Positions 1 to 9,712 of a stretch of DNA of 64,000 nt are shown here, piece by piece (positions within the stretch are counted from its first letter, which is position 1; every line of letters begins with the position of its first letter). The translations under genes were made by a program, and so were the position numbers. The notes beneath the pieces were generated by a model. The model did no database searches, was not told where the DNA came from, and saw only the letters and a program-made list of their open reading frames with translations. Source of the stretch: Ignavibacteria bacterium (GTDB taxonomy: Bacteria > Bacteroidota > Ignavibacteria > Kapaibacteriales > UBA4661); contig JACVZY010000111.1 in NCBI GenBank assembly GCA_014654705.1, forward strand, positions 54,785 to 118,784, given 5' to 3'.

Positions 1-864
1 ACGCAGAGAAATAAAGAAAACAGTGCTTTGATTCAAACTTGGACGACTGATGCTGATTTTGTGCGTACGATGAAAATGAATATTGTCAGGGGACGAGACT
101 TTGATGCAACGATGCATTCAGATTCTAGTGCCATTATCATTAACGAGTCCTTGGCGCGTGAGTTTTTTGGGCAGCAAGAGCCACTTGGAAAGCAAATCTA
201 TACTCTTGCCAATTCGGATGACGTGAACAGTGTTCTTACCTTTACGGTAATCGGTGTTATACAAGATTTTCATTTTTCATCATTGCGAGAAAATATTCAA
301 AGTGTTGCCCTCGTGATGGGGCATTACAACGGTAAAGTCGCAATTCGGTTTAGTGGAGCGCAGGCAAGCAGTATTGTCAATCAATGTCAAGCGATTTGGA
401 AGCGGATTGCTCCCGGCAAGCCTTTTTCGTATTCGTTTATGGATGAGAATTTTAATGCAATGTATCGTACTGAACAGCGCACGACAAAGGTATTAAGTAT
501 TTTCACAGGTTTAGCAATTATGGTTGCTTGTTTAGGGCTATTTGCGCTTGCTTCTTTCACTACCGAGCAGCGTATGAAAGAAATCGGCATACGTAAGGTG
601 CTGGGTGCGTCAGTGGCAAGTATTATTGGGCTTCTTTCTAAAGATTTCCTGAAATTGGTTGGTATCGCCATCGTCGTGGCAGTGCCGCTCGCTTGGTACG
701 GTATGAGTGCGTGGCTTCGGGACTTTGCATACAGAGTAGAGTTGTCGTGGTGGATGTTCGCGCTTGCTGCTGCTGCGTCGGTGGTGATAGCATTTCTGAC
801 AGTGGCAGGGCAGTCATGGCGAGCTGCTCAATCGAATCCGGTGCAGTCACTCAGGAGCGAGTAA
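1..864 (+). CDS. FtsX/MacB-like ABC transporter permease, C-terminal part (5' end outside window)
   Basis: The frame is open from base 1. The C-terminal motif EIGIRKVLGASVASIIGLLSKDFLKLV...DFAYRVEL...NPVQSLRSE is nearly identical in three downstream paralogs, and hydrophobic TM segments are present. Confidence 0.8.
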   Translation, partial: TQRNKENSALIQTWTTDADFVRTMKMNIVRGRDFDATMHSDSSAIIINESLAREFFGQQEPLGKQIYTLANSDDVNSVLTFTVIGVIQDFHFSSLRENIQSVALVMGHYNGKVAIRFSGAQASSIVNQCQAIWKRIAPGKPFSYSFMDENFNAMYRTEQRTTKVLSIFTGLAIMVACLGLFALASFTTEQRMKEIGIRKVLGASVASIIGLLSKDFLKLVGIAIVVAVPLAWYGMSAWLRDFAYRVELSWWMFALAAAASVVIAFLTVAGQSWRAAQSNPVQSLRSE

Positions 865-896
865 TTTCACATTCTATTCATTTCATTTGCAGCACT

Positions 897-3281
897 ATGT
901 TCACCAATTACCTCAAAATCGCATTCCGAAGCCTTCTTCGGCAAAAATCATACGCTGTTATCAATATTGTGGGGCTTGCTTTGGGTATTGTTTGCTCACT
1001 ATTGATGGTTTTGCACATCGCCGATGACCTTGCGTACGACCGTTTTCATTCCAAGCGTGATCGTATCTACCGTTTTACGCAGTGGAATAACGATGGTCAA
1101 GTGCCTGCAAATACTGCTCCCGCTTGGGCAGAAGCTCTGACGTCGGATATTCCGCAAATTGAAGCAGCAGTACGATTCTATGAAAATTCTACTGAAACGC
1201 TGATGAGCGTCGGCGAAACAAAGTTTTACGAAAAGCGCCTGAAATTTGCTGATGCGAATGTTTTTGAAGTTTTTGATTTTCCACTTGTAGAGGGCGATGC
1301 GCGTACGGCGCTGGTGGAGCCTTTCACTATCGTTCTTTCCGAATCAGCAGCAAAGCGATATTTTGGCAAGGAAAATCCAGTAGGAAAATTTATTCGGTAT
1401 GATAACAAACGTGATTTTAGAGTGACCGGCGTGATACGCGATGTTCCTTCAGCATCTCATTTACAATTTGATATGCTGGGTTCGATGGAAACTGTCAAGC
1501 GAGATATAGCCTTACCCGACGGTTTCAAAAGTTTTTTCTGGAACCCTTTCCTAACGTACATTCTTGTGCGAGAAGAAGCCTCATCAGATGAGATAATGCC
1601 ACTCCTCTGGCAAATGAAAAATAAATACATGAAAGATGTGCCTGTTGTGCCGGGTTTGCAAGCCCTCACGGACATCCACCTTATCCACGAAAAAGCATTT
1701 TCTACCATTTCGTTTTTGGCGGCAATTGCTTTCATAATTATACTGCTGGCTTGTATCAATTACACCAATCTTGCTACGGCACGCTTTAGCACTCGAGCGC
1801 GGGAGGTGGGCATACGCAAGACGCTGGGAGCGAGCCGCTTCCAAGTTGCAGGACAATTCTGGAGTGAATCTCTGCTTCTGACTATCGTCGCGCTCATCAT
1901 TGCATTATTTGCCGCAGAGCTTGCGTTGCCTGCATTTAATTCCCTGACTAATAAGCAACTGAGTCTTTTTGGTGGAAATCCTTTTGTTTTGCCTATCGGG
2001 CTTGGAATTATCGTGGTGCTCGTAAGTATTATTGCGGGTATGTATCCTGCTGTGTTTTTGTCGTCGTTCAAGCCCGTGACAACTCTGCGAGGAGCACTAG
2101 CATCAAGCAGCAAGTCGCCCCGTATCTCTTTGCGCTCGCTTTTGGTGGTGCTTCAGTTTTCTTTTTCGATTGTGATGATTATCGGAACACTGGTAGTAAG
2201 CGAGCAAATGAGCTTTATCCACAATAAAAATATGGGCTTTGACCGTCAGCAAGTCGTTGTTGTCCAAATGCGCGGCACGGATGATTACGAAAAACGCGAA
2301 ACACTAAAAGCTGCCTTCCGAAATGTTTCCGATGTGCAGGAAGTTTCTCTCTCAAGTGCTGTCCCGGGCAAAAGCGACCTCCTGATGAGTATGCCAATAG
2401 AGTTCAAATATCTTTCAAGCGGCGACAAAGATCCCAACATAAAATGGCTATGCATAGATGAAGGGTTTCTCCCATTATACGGCATATCCTTGAAGGAAGG
2501 TCGTAATATCAACAACAGTGAAGCAGATGAAAGCGAAGCATTTTTGCTGAATGAAGCAGCCGTACGGAAGTTGAAATGGGAGCAGAACGCCATCGGACAT
2601 GAAATAGGGTATTCGGTAGGTGAAAAAGCAAGTAATTGGTGGATTCACAAGCAAGGGCGAGTGGTGGGGGTGGTGAAAGATTTCCACGTCGGAACATTGC
2701 GCAAAGAAATCGAACCGCTTCTCATCCATGTCAACAAACAATTTTCTGGTACATTGAGTGTGAAATTACATTCGGGAGATCCACGTAATGCGCTTACAGC
2801 ATTGGAGGCTGCTTGGAAACAAATTGTTCCAGCTCGACCATTTGAGTACGCTTTTCTTGACGAAGACTTCAGTAGTGTTTACAAGCGCGAAGAGCAGCTA
2901 CGAGCGATTGTAACAGTTTTTGCCGCCTTAGCAATTGTTATTTCTTGTTTAGGACTTTTGGGATTGACAGCATTTGCCGCCGAAGTTCGGACAAAAGAAA
3001 TCGGCATTCGCAAAGTACTCGGTGCGACAATAGCTAGTATTGTAGGGCTTCTCAGCAAAGACTTTTTGAAACTTGTTCTTGCAGCAATTCTACTCGCTTC
3101 TCCAGCGGCGTATTGGCTCGCAGGAAAATGGCTTCAAGACTTTGCGTACAGAATAGAGCTTCGTGCGGGATTGTTTGTCGCAGCAGGCGCAATTGCTATG
3201 TTGATTGCTTTTGCGACGGTTGCTGCTCAAGCAATAAGCGCTGCGCGAGCAAATCCTGTGCAATCGCTCAGGAGCGAGTAG
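897..3281 (+). CDS. ABC transporter permease with two MacB_PCD+FtsX modules (794 aa)
   Basis: ATG at 897 gives the family-typical N-terminus MFTNYLKIAFRSLLRQK. The tracked ORF start at 693 overlaps the upstream gene. Both halves carry an (R/K)E(V/I)GIRK(T/V)LGA FtsX motif, and the protein ends NPVQSLRSE. Confidence 0.85.
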   Translation: MFTNYLKIAFRSLLRQKSYAVINIVGLALGIVCSLLMVLHIADDLAYDRFHSKRDRIYRFTQWNNDGQVPANTAPAWAEALTSDIPQIEAAVRFYENSTETLMSVGETKFYEKRLKFADANVFEVFDFPLVEGDARTALVEPFTIVLSESAAKRYFGKENPVGKFIRYDNKRDFRVTGVIRDVPSASHLQFDMLGSMETVKRDIALPDGFKSFFWNPFLTYILVREEASSDEIMPLLWQMKNKYMKDVPVVPGLQALTDIHLIHEKAFSTISFLAAIAFIIILLACINYTNLATARFSTRAREVGIRKTLGASRFQVAGQFWSESLLLTIVALIIALFAAELALPAFNSLTNKQLSLFGGNPFVLPIGLGIIVVLVSIIAGMYPAVFLSSFKPVTTLRGALASSSKSPRISLRSLLVVLQFSFSIVMIIGTLVVSEQMSFIHNKNMGFDRQQVVVVQMRGTDDYEKRETLKAAFRNVSDVQEVSLSSAVPGKSDLLMSMPIEFKYLSSGDKDPNIKWLCIDEGFLPLYGISLKEGRNINNSEADESEAFLLNEAAVRKLKWEQNAIGHEIGYSVGEKASNWWIHKQGRVVGVVKDFHVGTLRKEIEPLLIHVNKQFSGTLSVKLHSGDPRNALTALEAAWKQIVPARPFEYAFLDEDFSSVYKREEQLRAIVTVFAALAIVISCLGLLGLTAFAAEVRTKEIGIRKVLGATIASIVGLLSKDFLKLVLAAILLASPAAYWLAGKWLQDFAYRIELRAGLFVAAGAIAMLIAFATVAAQAISAARANPVQSLRSE

Positions 3282-3348
3282 GATAACTTTATCTTGTGAA
3301 TATTTTTCTACAAATTTTTTTCTCACAAAACTACTTGGAGCCTGTACA

Positions 3349-3606
3349 ATGAACGCTTTTTCTGTCCATCTGCCAAGCCCAACCGAAAATCAGAATGTTG
3401 AAATTTCGGTGAAGGTCAACGGCGCTACGCTTGATTTTCAGTACCCTGTGGAATTTTTTAATCTACATGACCACGGTTTTCCCAAAATTTCGCGGGCAAA
3501 TTGCATTCGCGATATACTTGCGGAATACGACGCGAATTGGGATACTTTTCAAGATTCGCCCGTGGATGAAGACCGCATCGCTATTACGTTTCGTAAGAAA
3601 CGGTAG
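3349..3606 (+). CDS. hypothetical protein (85 aa)
   Basis: ORF with a GGAG about 8 nt upstream of the ATG, lying in the gap between two permease paralogs. No recognisable motif. Confidence 0.4.
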   Translation: MNAFSVHLPSPTENQNVEISVKVNGATLDFQYPVEFFNLHDHGFPKISRANCIRDILAEYDANWDTFQDSPVDEDRIAITFRKKR

Positions 3607-3684
3607 GTATGGAATTCATACGGCACAGAATTTCCCCTCACTGACAAGAGAACAAATCAATTCACCACTAAACAGCATCGTGCT

Positions 3685-6456
3685 ATGATACAGCAATATC
3701 TTACCTATACCCTCCGAAACTTGCGCCGCCGTCCGCTCATCACGTTTATTATGCTTTTTGGGCTGACCATTAGCTTGGCGACGGCTCTTGTTATCGGCTT
3801 GTACGTGCGCTATGACGCGCATTACGACGACTTTCATCAAAACGCCGAGCGTATTTTTCGAGTGAATGAAGAGCGATTTGTCAATGGAGAATCCCAATAC
3901 AAAACCGCCGCCACATATCCGGCAATAGCACCGCAACTAAAAGCCGAAGCCCACGACCAAGTCCAAGATGCTGCGCGAATGTTCCACCGAAGCGGTATCG
4001 TAACGGTGGTCAAAGTCGTGAAGCAAGATTCTATGCTTGCTCCAAAAACTGCTGAAGCCGTGACCGTTCGCTTGAAGGGTTTTGAAAACGCCCAAAAGGT
4101 CATGCTTGCCGGAACATTTAATAATTGGAAAGCCAATGAAATCGCGCTTGTCAGCAATAGTAAAAGCGGTGAAGCGCATGAATGGTCGCATACATTTGCT
4201 AATCTTGCAAAAGGAAAATATGAGTATAAATTCATCGTTGACGGCGAGTGGATGACCGACCCCGGAAATATGCGTCGGGTAAACGATGGTAAAGGCAATA
4301 CCAATTCGGAGCTTTGGGTAGGTATTCCGCAACCCAAAATCACGCTTCAACCCGTGAAATTCCGAGAAGAGAACATTTTTTATACCGATGCTTCGTTTCT
4401 AACGATGTTCTCGTTTCCGATGCTGAGTGGCAAAAGCTCGGATGCTCTTGTGCGCCCCAATACCGTTGTGCTGACAGCCTCCATGGCGCATAAATACTTC
4501 GGTTCGGAAAATCCTGTCGGGCAGTTTCTTGATTTCGAGCGTGATGAAATGTGGGAAGTAACAGGTGTCGTCCAAGACCCGCCTCCGAACTCGCGTTTGC
4601 GGTTTGATTTCCTTGTTTCCTTCGCAACGTGCGAAGCCGCCAAACCTGACTTACGGACAAATTGGCATCGGTACGCCTACCAAACATACCTTTTGCTCAA
4701 GCCCAATGCCTCGCCCGAAGCCGTTGCTACGACTATCGGTAAACTCTGCGACCGCAGTGAAGGCGAGAATCTCCGCCGTGCTAACGCACGTGAGGTGTTT
4801 TCGCTCCAATCTATTCGCTCGCTGGAAATTACGTCCAATACGAAAACCGACCCGGAAACCAGTGCTGAAGCAGTATGGGCGTTGGGTGTGATTGCGCTCT
4901 TGCTGGTGATAATTGTATATGTGAATTACATCAATCTCACCACAGCACGGTTTTCGGAGCGTGCCAAAAACATGAGCATCCGTAAAATCATGGGCGCAAG
5001 CCGTGCTTCGCTCATTCGTGAGTTTCTTGCCGAGCCATTTTTGCTGGGCGGTGTGGCTTTTTTATTAGCGTTGGGATTGGTGGAACTTTGCCTACCGCTT
5101 TTGAACTCCTTTACAGAACGCTCATTGACGCTGGCTCTGTCGGATACATTTTTCTGGAGTCTTGTCCTTGGCGTGATTCTTTTGGGTGCGGTTGTTTCGG
5201 GTCTCTATCCGGCTTTAGTCTTTTCCTCATCCAATCCCACGCTTGCTCTGAAAGGCAATCTTCGTGCGGGTTTCACGATGCAATTTGTACGCAAGGCTTT
5301 GGTGGTCGGGCAGTTTGCGGTTTCTATTGCGCTTATTGGTGGAGCGCTCGTGATGAATCGCCAACTGCGCTTTGTTGCCGAGAAAGATTTAGGATTCGAT
5401 GTGACCAAGACCATGATTATTACCGCCCCGACACTAACGAGCGGCGATTACACGATGAATTATACTGCGTTTAAGAATGCCGTGTTGCAGTTGCCTGCAG
5501 TCCGCTCTGTTGCCGCATCCACCGCAGTTCCGGGAACACAGGTAGGCAGCTTTGGCGGTGGGCAAATTAAGCGCTTGTACGACAATGACCCCGCGCACTC
5601 GTATTCCTACGACGTTGGAGGAGTGGATTACGATTACTTGCCGAGTTATGGGATGACCTTTCTTGCGGGTCGGAACTTCCGGCAAGAGGAGTTTTCGCCG
5701 AACTCGCAAACATTGATTATTAACGAAACAGCGTTGAAACTCCTTGGCTTTCGTAGTCCAAACGAGGCTATTGGCGAAAGTCTAAAATTTCCTTGGACAA
5801 AAACGGCGAAAATTATCGGTGTGGTGCGAGATTTCCATCAAGCGTCGCTCCACGAGCGTATCAAGCCGCTTATCTTTACGGTCTTTCCCGGGCGGGGATT
5901 TTTCTCGGTTAAATTGCAACAGCACGTGGGCGGGAATGTCTCCAACGACGCTTCGATGCAGCAAACTCTCAAGCAAATACAAGCCGTTTACGACCGCGTA
6001 TTTGCGGGCAATCCTTTTGAAGTCGTCTTTTTGGATGATTTTTTCCAACGCCAGTACCGCAGAGATTTTGAGTTTGCCGCTTTGTTAAACGGCTTAACAA
6101 TTCTGACGGTCATTATTGCTTGCTTGGGGCTTATTGGCTTGGCGGCATTCACTACCGAGCAGCGCACAAAAGAAATTGGTATTCGCAAAGTGCTAGGCGC
6201 GTCGGTAGCGAGTGTTATCGGATTACTTTCCAAAGACTTTTTGAAACTTGTTTTGCTTGCCATTGGTATAGCCACTCCTCTTGCATACTGGCTGGCTGGC
6301 AAATGGTTAGAAGACTTTGCGTACAGGATTGAACGCTCGTGGTGGGTCTTTGCACTTGCTGGAGCAGTGGCGGTGGTTATTGCCTTTGTGACGGTGGCAT
6401 CTCAAGCATGGCGCACGGCACGCTCCAATCCCGTGAATGCGCTTCGGAGTGAGTAA
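3685..6456 (+). CDS. FtsX/MacB-like permease with inserted CBM48/AMPK-beta-type carbohydrate-binding domain (923 aa)
   Basis: Same architecture and C-terminal motifs as its neighbours. It carries about 90 extra residues (aa 124-213) reading VTVRLKGF..KVMLAGTFNNW...GKYEYKFIVDGEWMTDPGN inside the first periplasmic domain. Confidence 0.85.
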   Translation: MIQQYLTYTLRNLRRRPLITFIMLFGLTISLATALVIGLYVRYDAHYDDFHQNAERIFRVNEERFVNGESQYKTAATYPAIAPQLKAEAHDQVQDAARMFHRSGIVTVVKVVKQDSMLAPKTAEAVTVRLKGFENAQKVMLAGTFNNWKANEIALVSNSKSGEAHEWSHTFANLAKGKYEYKFIVDGEWMTDPGNMRRVNDGKGNTNSELWVGIPQPKITLQPVKFREENIFYTDASFLTMFSFPMLSGKSSDALVRPNTVVLTASMAHKYFGSENPVGQFLDFERDEMWEVTGVVQDPPPNSRLRFDFLVSFATCEAAKPDLRTNWHRYAYQTYLLLKPNASPEAVATTIGKLCDRSEGENLRRANAREVFSLQSIRSLEITSNTKTDPETSAEAVWALGVIALLLVIIVYVNYINLTTARFSERAKNMSIRKIMGASRASLIREFLAEPFLLGGVAFLLALGLVELCLPLLNSFTERSLTLALSDTFFWSLVLGVILLGAVVSGLYPALVFSSSNPTLALKGNLRAGFTMQFVRKALVVGQFAVSIALIGGALVMNRQLRFVAEKDLGFDVTKTMIITAPTLTSGDYTMNYTAFKNAVLQLPAVRSVAASTAVPGTQVGSFGGGQIKRLYDNDPAHSYSYDVGGVDYDYLPSYGMTFLAGRNFRQEEFSPNSQTLIINETALKLLGFRSPNEAIGESLKFPWTKTAKIIGVVRDFHQASLHERIKPLIFTVFPGRGFFSVKLQQHVGGNVSNDASMQQTLKQIQAVYDRVFAGNPFEVVFLDDFFQRQYRRDFEFAALLNGLTILTVIIACLGLIGLAAFTTEQRTKEIGIRKVLGASVASVIGLLSKDFLKLVLLAIGIATPLAYWLAGKWLEDFAYRIERSWWVFALAGAVAVVIAFVTVASQAWRTARSNPVNALRSE

Positions 6457-6465
6457 TGATACAAC

Positions 6466-6894
6466 TCAAAGCAATGCAGCTAAATCAAGATTGATTGCTT
6501 CGCAAAAGGAAGGTCGGTCGGTGATAGCGCCTACACCGCGCTTATACTTATACCATTCATTGCGTTTGTAATTGTACACAAATCCTTCTTTTATACCATA
6601 TTCAGTTTCATCAATAAGTTGACGAACTTTTTGAATATCATTTTTAACACCGTTGGTATGAGTTATTTCGATAATGACAGGTGTTTCTTCTAAGATGTTG
6701 TCGTATAAGATAATATCGGGCGTAGCGCTAGTTTGACTTTCATCTAACATCGTTTCGGGAAGTGGCTCAAGTGCTATTGAACCGACGATGTAATATTGAT
6801 AGCCTAAATGTGTCAAAAGGCGACTAATGACGCGCTGATGCGGCTTGGGGGCGTTTGTTCCTATAAGTAAAAGTGCTTCTTCTCGAGTTATCAT
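6466..6894 (-). CDS. PD-(D/E)XK nuclease-like protein (Uma2/DUF820-like)
   Basis: ATG at 6894 gives MITREEALLL. The pattern H(QRVISRLL)...PDIILYD...IIEITHT..D..K resembles Uma2-family endonucleases. An alternative TTG start lies at 6921. Confidence 0.45.
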   Translation of the reverse strand: MITREEALLLIGTNAPKPHQRVISRLLTHLGYQYYIVGSIALEPLPETMLDESQTSATPDIILYDNILEETPVIIEITHTNGVKNDIQKVRQLIDETEYGIKEGFVYNYKRNEWYKYKRGVGAITDRPSFCEAINLDLAALL

Positions 6895-6967
6895 AAATTT
6901 TTTCAAAAAAATGTTGGACAACAGTGACAGTAAACTACACTTTTCCCTCCATTTTTCAAAGTGAGCT

Positions 6968-9523
6968 ATGCTCCAAAACTATCTCAAAATCGCTCTTCGT
7001 TCACTCCGAGCGAACCTCATGTACACTGCCATCAACGTAGGCGGCTTGTCGGTCGGCGTAGCGGCTTGTCTGCTGATGCTTCTCTATGTTCACCATGAGT
7101 ATTCCTTCGATGCGTTTCATCAAGACGCAGAGAGAGTGTATCGCATCATTGGCAATGTGAAGGTCAGTCAAAGCGAGCATATCACAACGCAAGCTCTCCC
7201 GGCAAAAATGGCAGACGAGCTTCGATTAGCCTTCCCAAATGATATTGAGTCGAGTGCTCGCTTTGAAGATGGAAAAACTGCTTTTGTCCGCAAAGGCTCC
7301 ACGGTGTTTTGTGAAGAAAAGCGCATTGCTCATGCCGACAGCGGATTCCTCACCATGTTCCATTTTCCTGTCCTTGCGGGTCGTGCCGATGCGCTTTCTG
7401 AGCCAAGCAATATTGTGCTGACGGCTTCGGCGGCACAAAAGTATTTTGGCAAAACGGATGTGGTAGGGGAGACTCTGAGCGTAAAAATGGAAAAGTTTGG
7501 CAATCCACTGGAAGACGAATTTACCGATTATCGCATTGGTGCTGTTGTGGAAGACTTTCCAAGCAATACCTTTGCTCAGGCGGATTTTATTATTCCACTT
7601 GAATCTGTTCTTCAAAAGGAGAGAAAAGTTTATCCTGAAGCTGTTTTGTGGAACTCCGTGTATGCTCAAACGTTCCTCAAAGTGCGTGGTAGTGCTAGTG
7701 GAGCCGACACTGTGCTTCCGAAAGTCGTGCGGGCTATGGAAGAAAAAGCTCGGCACATCGCAAATTCCTACACAGACAAAAACTCGCACCTCTACGATAC
7801 CGAAACGTTTCGCTTACAGCCCTTAACCGATATTCACTTGAATACGCTTGGCATGGCAGAGAACGTGCGGCGTGAAGTTGCTGAAACCTATCGCAGTGGT
7901 AACGTGCAGCAGCTTCTCATTCTGTCTGCCATTGCTGTTGTAATGCTGTTTGTTGGCTGTATCAATTACATCAATATGCAGACCGCACGGGCAAGCACTC
8001 GCTCGCGGGAGATAGGCGTACGAAAAACGCTCGGTGCTCGTCGTTCGCACATCATCGGGCAGTTTTTCATTGAAACGATATTATTCACCTTTGCCGCACT
8101 CGTGCTTGCCTTGGCTCTCGTGGAACTTTCTTTGCCGCAGTTCAATGCACTTTTGGGTTTGCGCTTGTCGTTAGTAATGGTTGCTGCCTCCTCACCATAT
8201 TTTTTTGTTGGTGTCATTGCCGCCTTGTTTGGTGTGTTGGTCTTGCTGTGTGGTTTGTATCCGGCGCTTTATCTGTCGCGCTTCTCGCCCATGACGGTCT
8301 TGCGAACGCATCTGCCGTTTCTGAGCAGTTCGTCGCCCATTCGGAGCATCTTTTCTGCGAACGTCTTCCGAAAATTGTTGGTCATGGCACAGTTTAGCGT
8401 TTCAATTGTTTTGATGATTGGCATTATTGTCATGGCGCAGCAACTCTGGTTCATTCGCGCTAAAAATTTGGGCTTCGATAAAGAGCATTTAGTGATGGTA
8501 AAACTGCGGAGCAATACAGTCGGGAAAAACGCCGAACCTCTGCAGTCCGCCTTCAAACAAGTGCGGGGCGTTGCTGCTGTTGGAAGTTGCACAAGCAAAC
8601 TTTCTCAGGATGTCTCCGGTTACTTTTTACCGACAAAATCTCCACAAGACAAAATTTCAATTCAGTGGGAGATGTACATTGACGAAGAGTATCTTGCTGC
8701 AATGGGTCTGCATCTGACGAAGGGGCGATGGATAACTAATAAGCCCACTGAGAATATTAGGAAAATTGTCGTCAATCAAGCATTTGTGCGGCGCTGGAAC
8801 TTGAAAGAGCCAATTGGCACAGTAAAAGCAGGGCGAGAAATTATCGGTGTCGTGGATGATTTTCATTTTAACTCCGTCCATGAACCTATCGAACCCATCA
8901 TGTTTCGGTCGGCTTTTGAGGAAAATGGTGCGGGCGGCATAGTGGGCGAAATCCCTTTTCAGTATTTGGCGGTACGGCTTGCTGCAGGAAGTGATTATTC
9001 CCGTACTCTCGCTGAGATGGAACGTGTTTGGAATGGAGTAGCTGCCGAAATGGACAAAGGCTCGTCATTAGGCGGATTGCCGTTTGAATATACATTTTTA
9101 GAAGACGACTTGAATGCGCTCTATCGCAAAGAGCAGCGTATGTTGGCTTTCGTCGGCGTGTTTGGCGGCTTGACGCTTCTCATTGCGTGCTTGGGATTGC
9201 TTAGTTTGACGGCGTTTACCGTCGAGCGCCGCACAAAAGAAATCGGTATTCGCAAAGTGCTGGGCGCGACAGTCGCAAACATCATCGCGCTACTCAGCAA
9301 AGATTTCTTGAAACTTGTCGTAATCGCAATTCTTATCGCTTCGCCGTTAGCGTATTGGTTGGCGGGAAAATGGCTTCAGGACTTTGCGTATCGGGTGGAA
9401 TTGGGTGTCGGAGTTTTTGCGATTTCTGCTTCGATGGCGCTATTGATTGCCCTCGGAACTGTTACTGCTCAGTCATGGCGGGCAGCGAAGGCGAATCCGG
9501 TGCATTCGCTCAGGAGCGAGTGA
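6968..9523 (+). CDS. ABC transporter permease with two MacB_PCD+FtsX modules (851 aa)
   Basis: N-terminus MLQNYLKIALRSLRANL. Two (R/K)EIGVRKTLGA/EIGIRKVLGA motifs are present, and the C-terminus ends NPVHSLRSE. Confidence 0.85.
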   Translation: MLQNYLKIALRSLRANLMYTAINVGGLSVGVAACLLMLLYVHHEYSFDAFHQDAERVYRIIGNVKVSQSEHITTQALPAKMADELRLAFPNDIESSARFEDGKTAFVRKGSTVFCEEKRIAHADSGFLTMFHFPVLAGRADALSEPSNIVLTASAAQKYFGKTDVVGETLSVKMEKFGNPLEDEFTDYRIGAVVEDFPSNTFAQADFIIPLESVLQKERKVYPEAVLWNSVYAQTFLKVRGSASGADTVLPKVVRAMEEKARHIANSYTDKNSHLYDTETFRLQPLTDIHLNTLGMAENVRREVAETYRSGNVQQLLILSAIAVVMLFVGCINYINMQTARASTRSREIGVRKTLGARRSHIIGQFFIETILFTFAALVLALALVELSLPQFNALLGLRLSLVMVAASSPYFFVGVIAALFGVLVLLCGLYPALYLSRFSPMTVLRTHLPFLSSSSPIRSIFSANVFRKLLVMAQFSVSIVLMIGIIVMAQQLWFIRAKNLGFDKEHLVMVKLRSNTVGKNAEPLQSAFKQVRGVAAVGSCTSKLSQDVSGYFLPTKSPQDKISIQWEMYIDEEYLAAMGLHLTKGRWITNKPTENIRKIVVNQAFVRRWNLKEPIGTVKAGREIIGVVDDFHFNSVHEPIEPIMFRSAFEENGAGGIVGEIPFQYLAVRLAAGSDYSRTLAEMERVWNGVAAEMDKGSSLGGLPFEYTFLEDDLNALYRKEQRMLAFVGVFGGLTLLIACLGLLSLTAFTVERRTKEIGIRKVLGATVANIIALLSKDFLKLVVIAILIASPLAYWLAGKWLQDFAYRVELGVGVFAISASMALLIALGTVTAQSWRAAKANPVHSLRSE

Positions 9524-9666
9524 AGCAGCCATTAACAGCAGCATCGCACAATTCTGAACATCCTAAAATCATCGTCTCCCCCTCCGATGTTCCTCGCTTC
9601 GTATCATCAACCCTATTTCGGCTAGCACGCGGTAAAAATATCCCGATAACAAATCTGAAGAAATTG

Positions 9667-9674
9667 TAGATTTG
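9667..9674 (+). promoter_or_regulatory. candidate Bacteroidota-type -7 promoter element TAGATTTG
   Basis: Perfect TAnnTTTG match 39 bp upstream of the proB ATG. No clear -33 TTTG element. Confidence 0.3.
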
Positions 9675-9712
9675 TAGTTCTTTTCAAACCGTAGCAACTA
9701 GCCGAATTCTTT

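Noticed and set aside
693-896. N-terminal extension of ORF 693-3281 (Cys/Val-rich, overlapping the upstream permease gene)
   Set aside because: It overlaps the preceding gene by 172 nt in another frame. The ATG at 897 yields the family-typical N-terminus M..NYLKIA.RSL shared with the paralogs.
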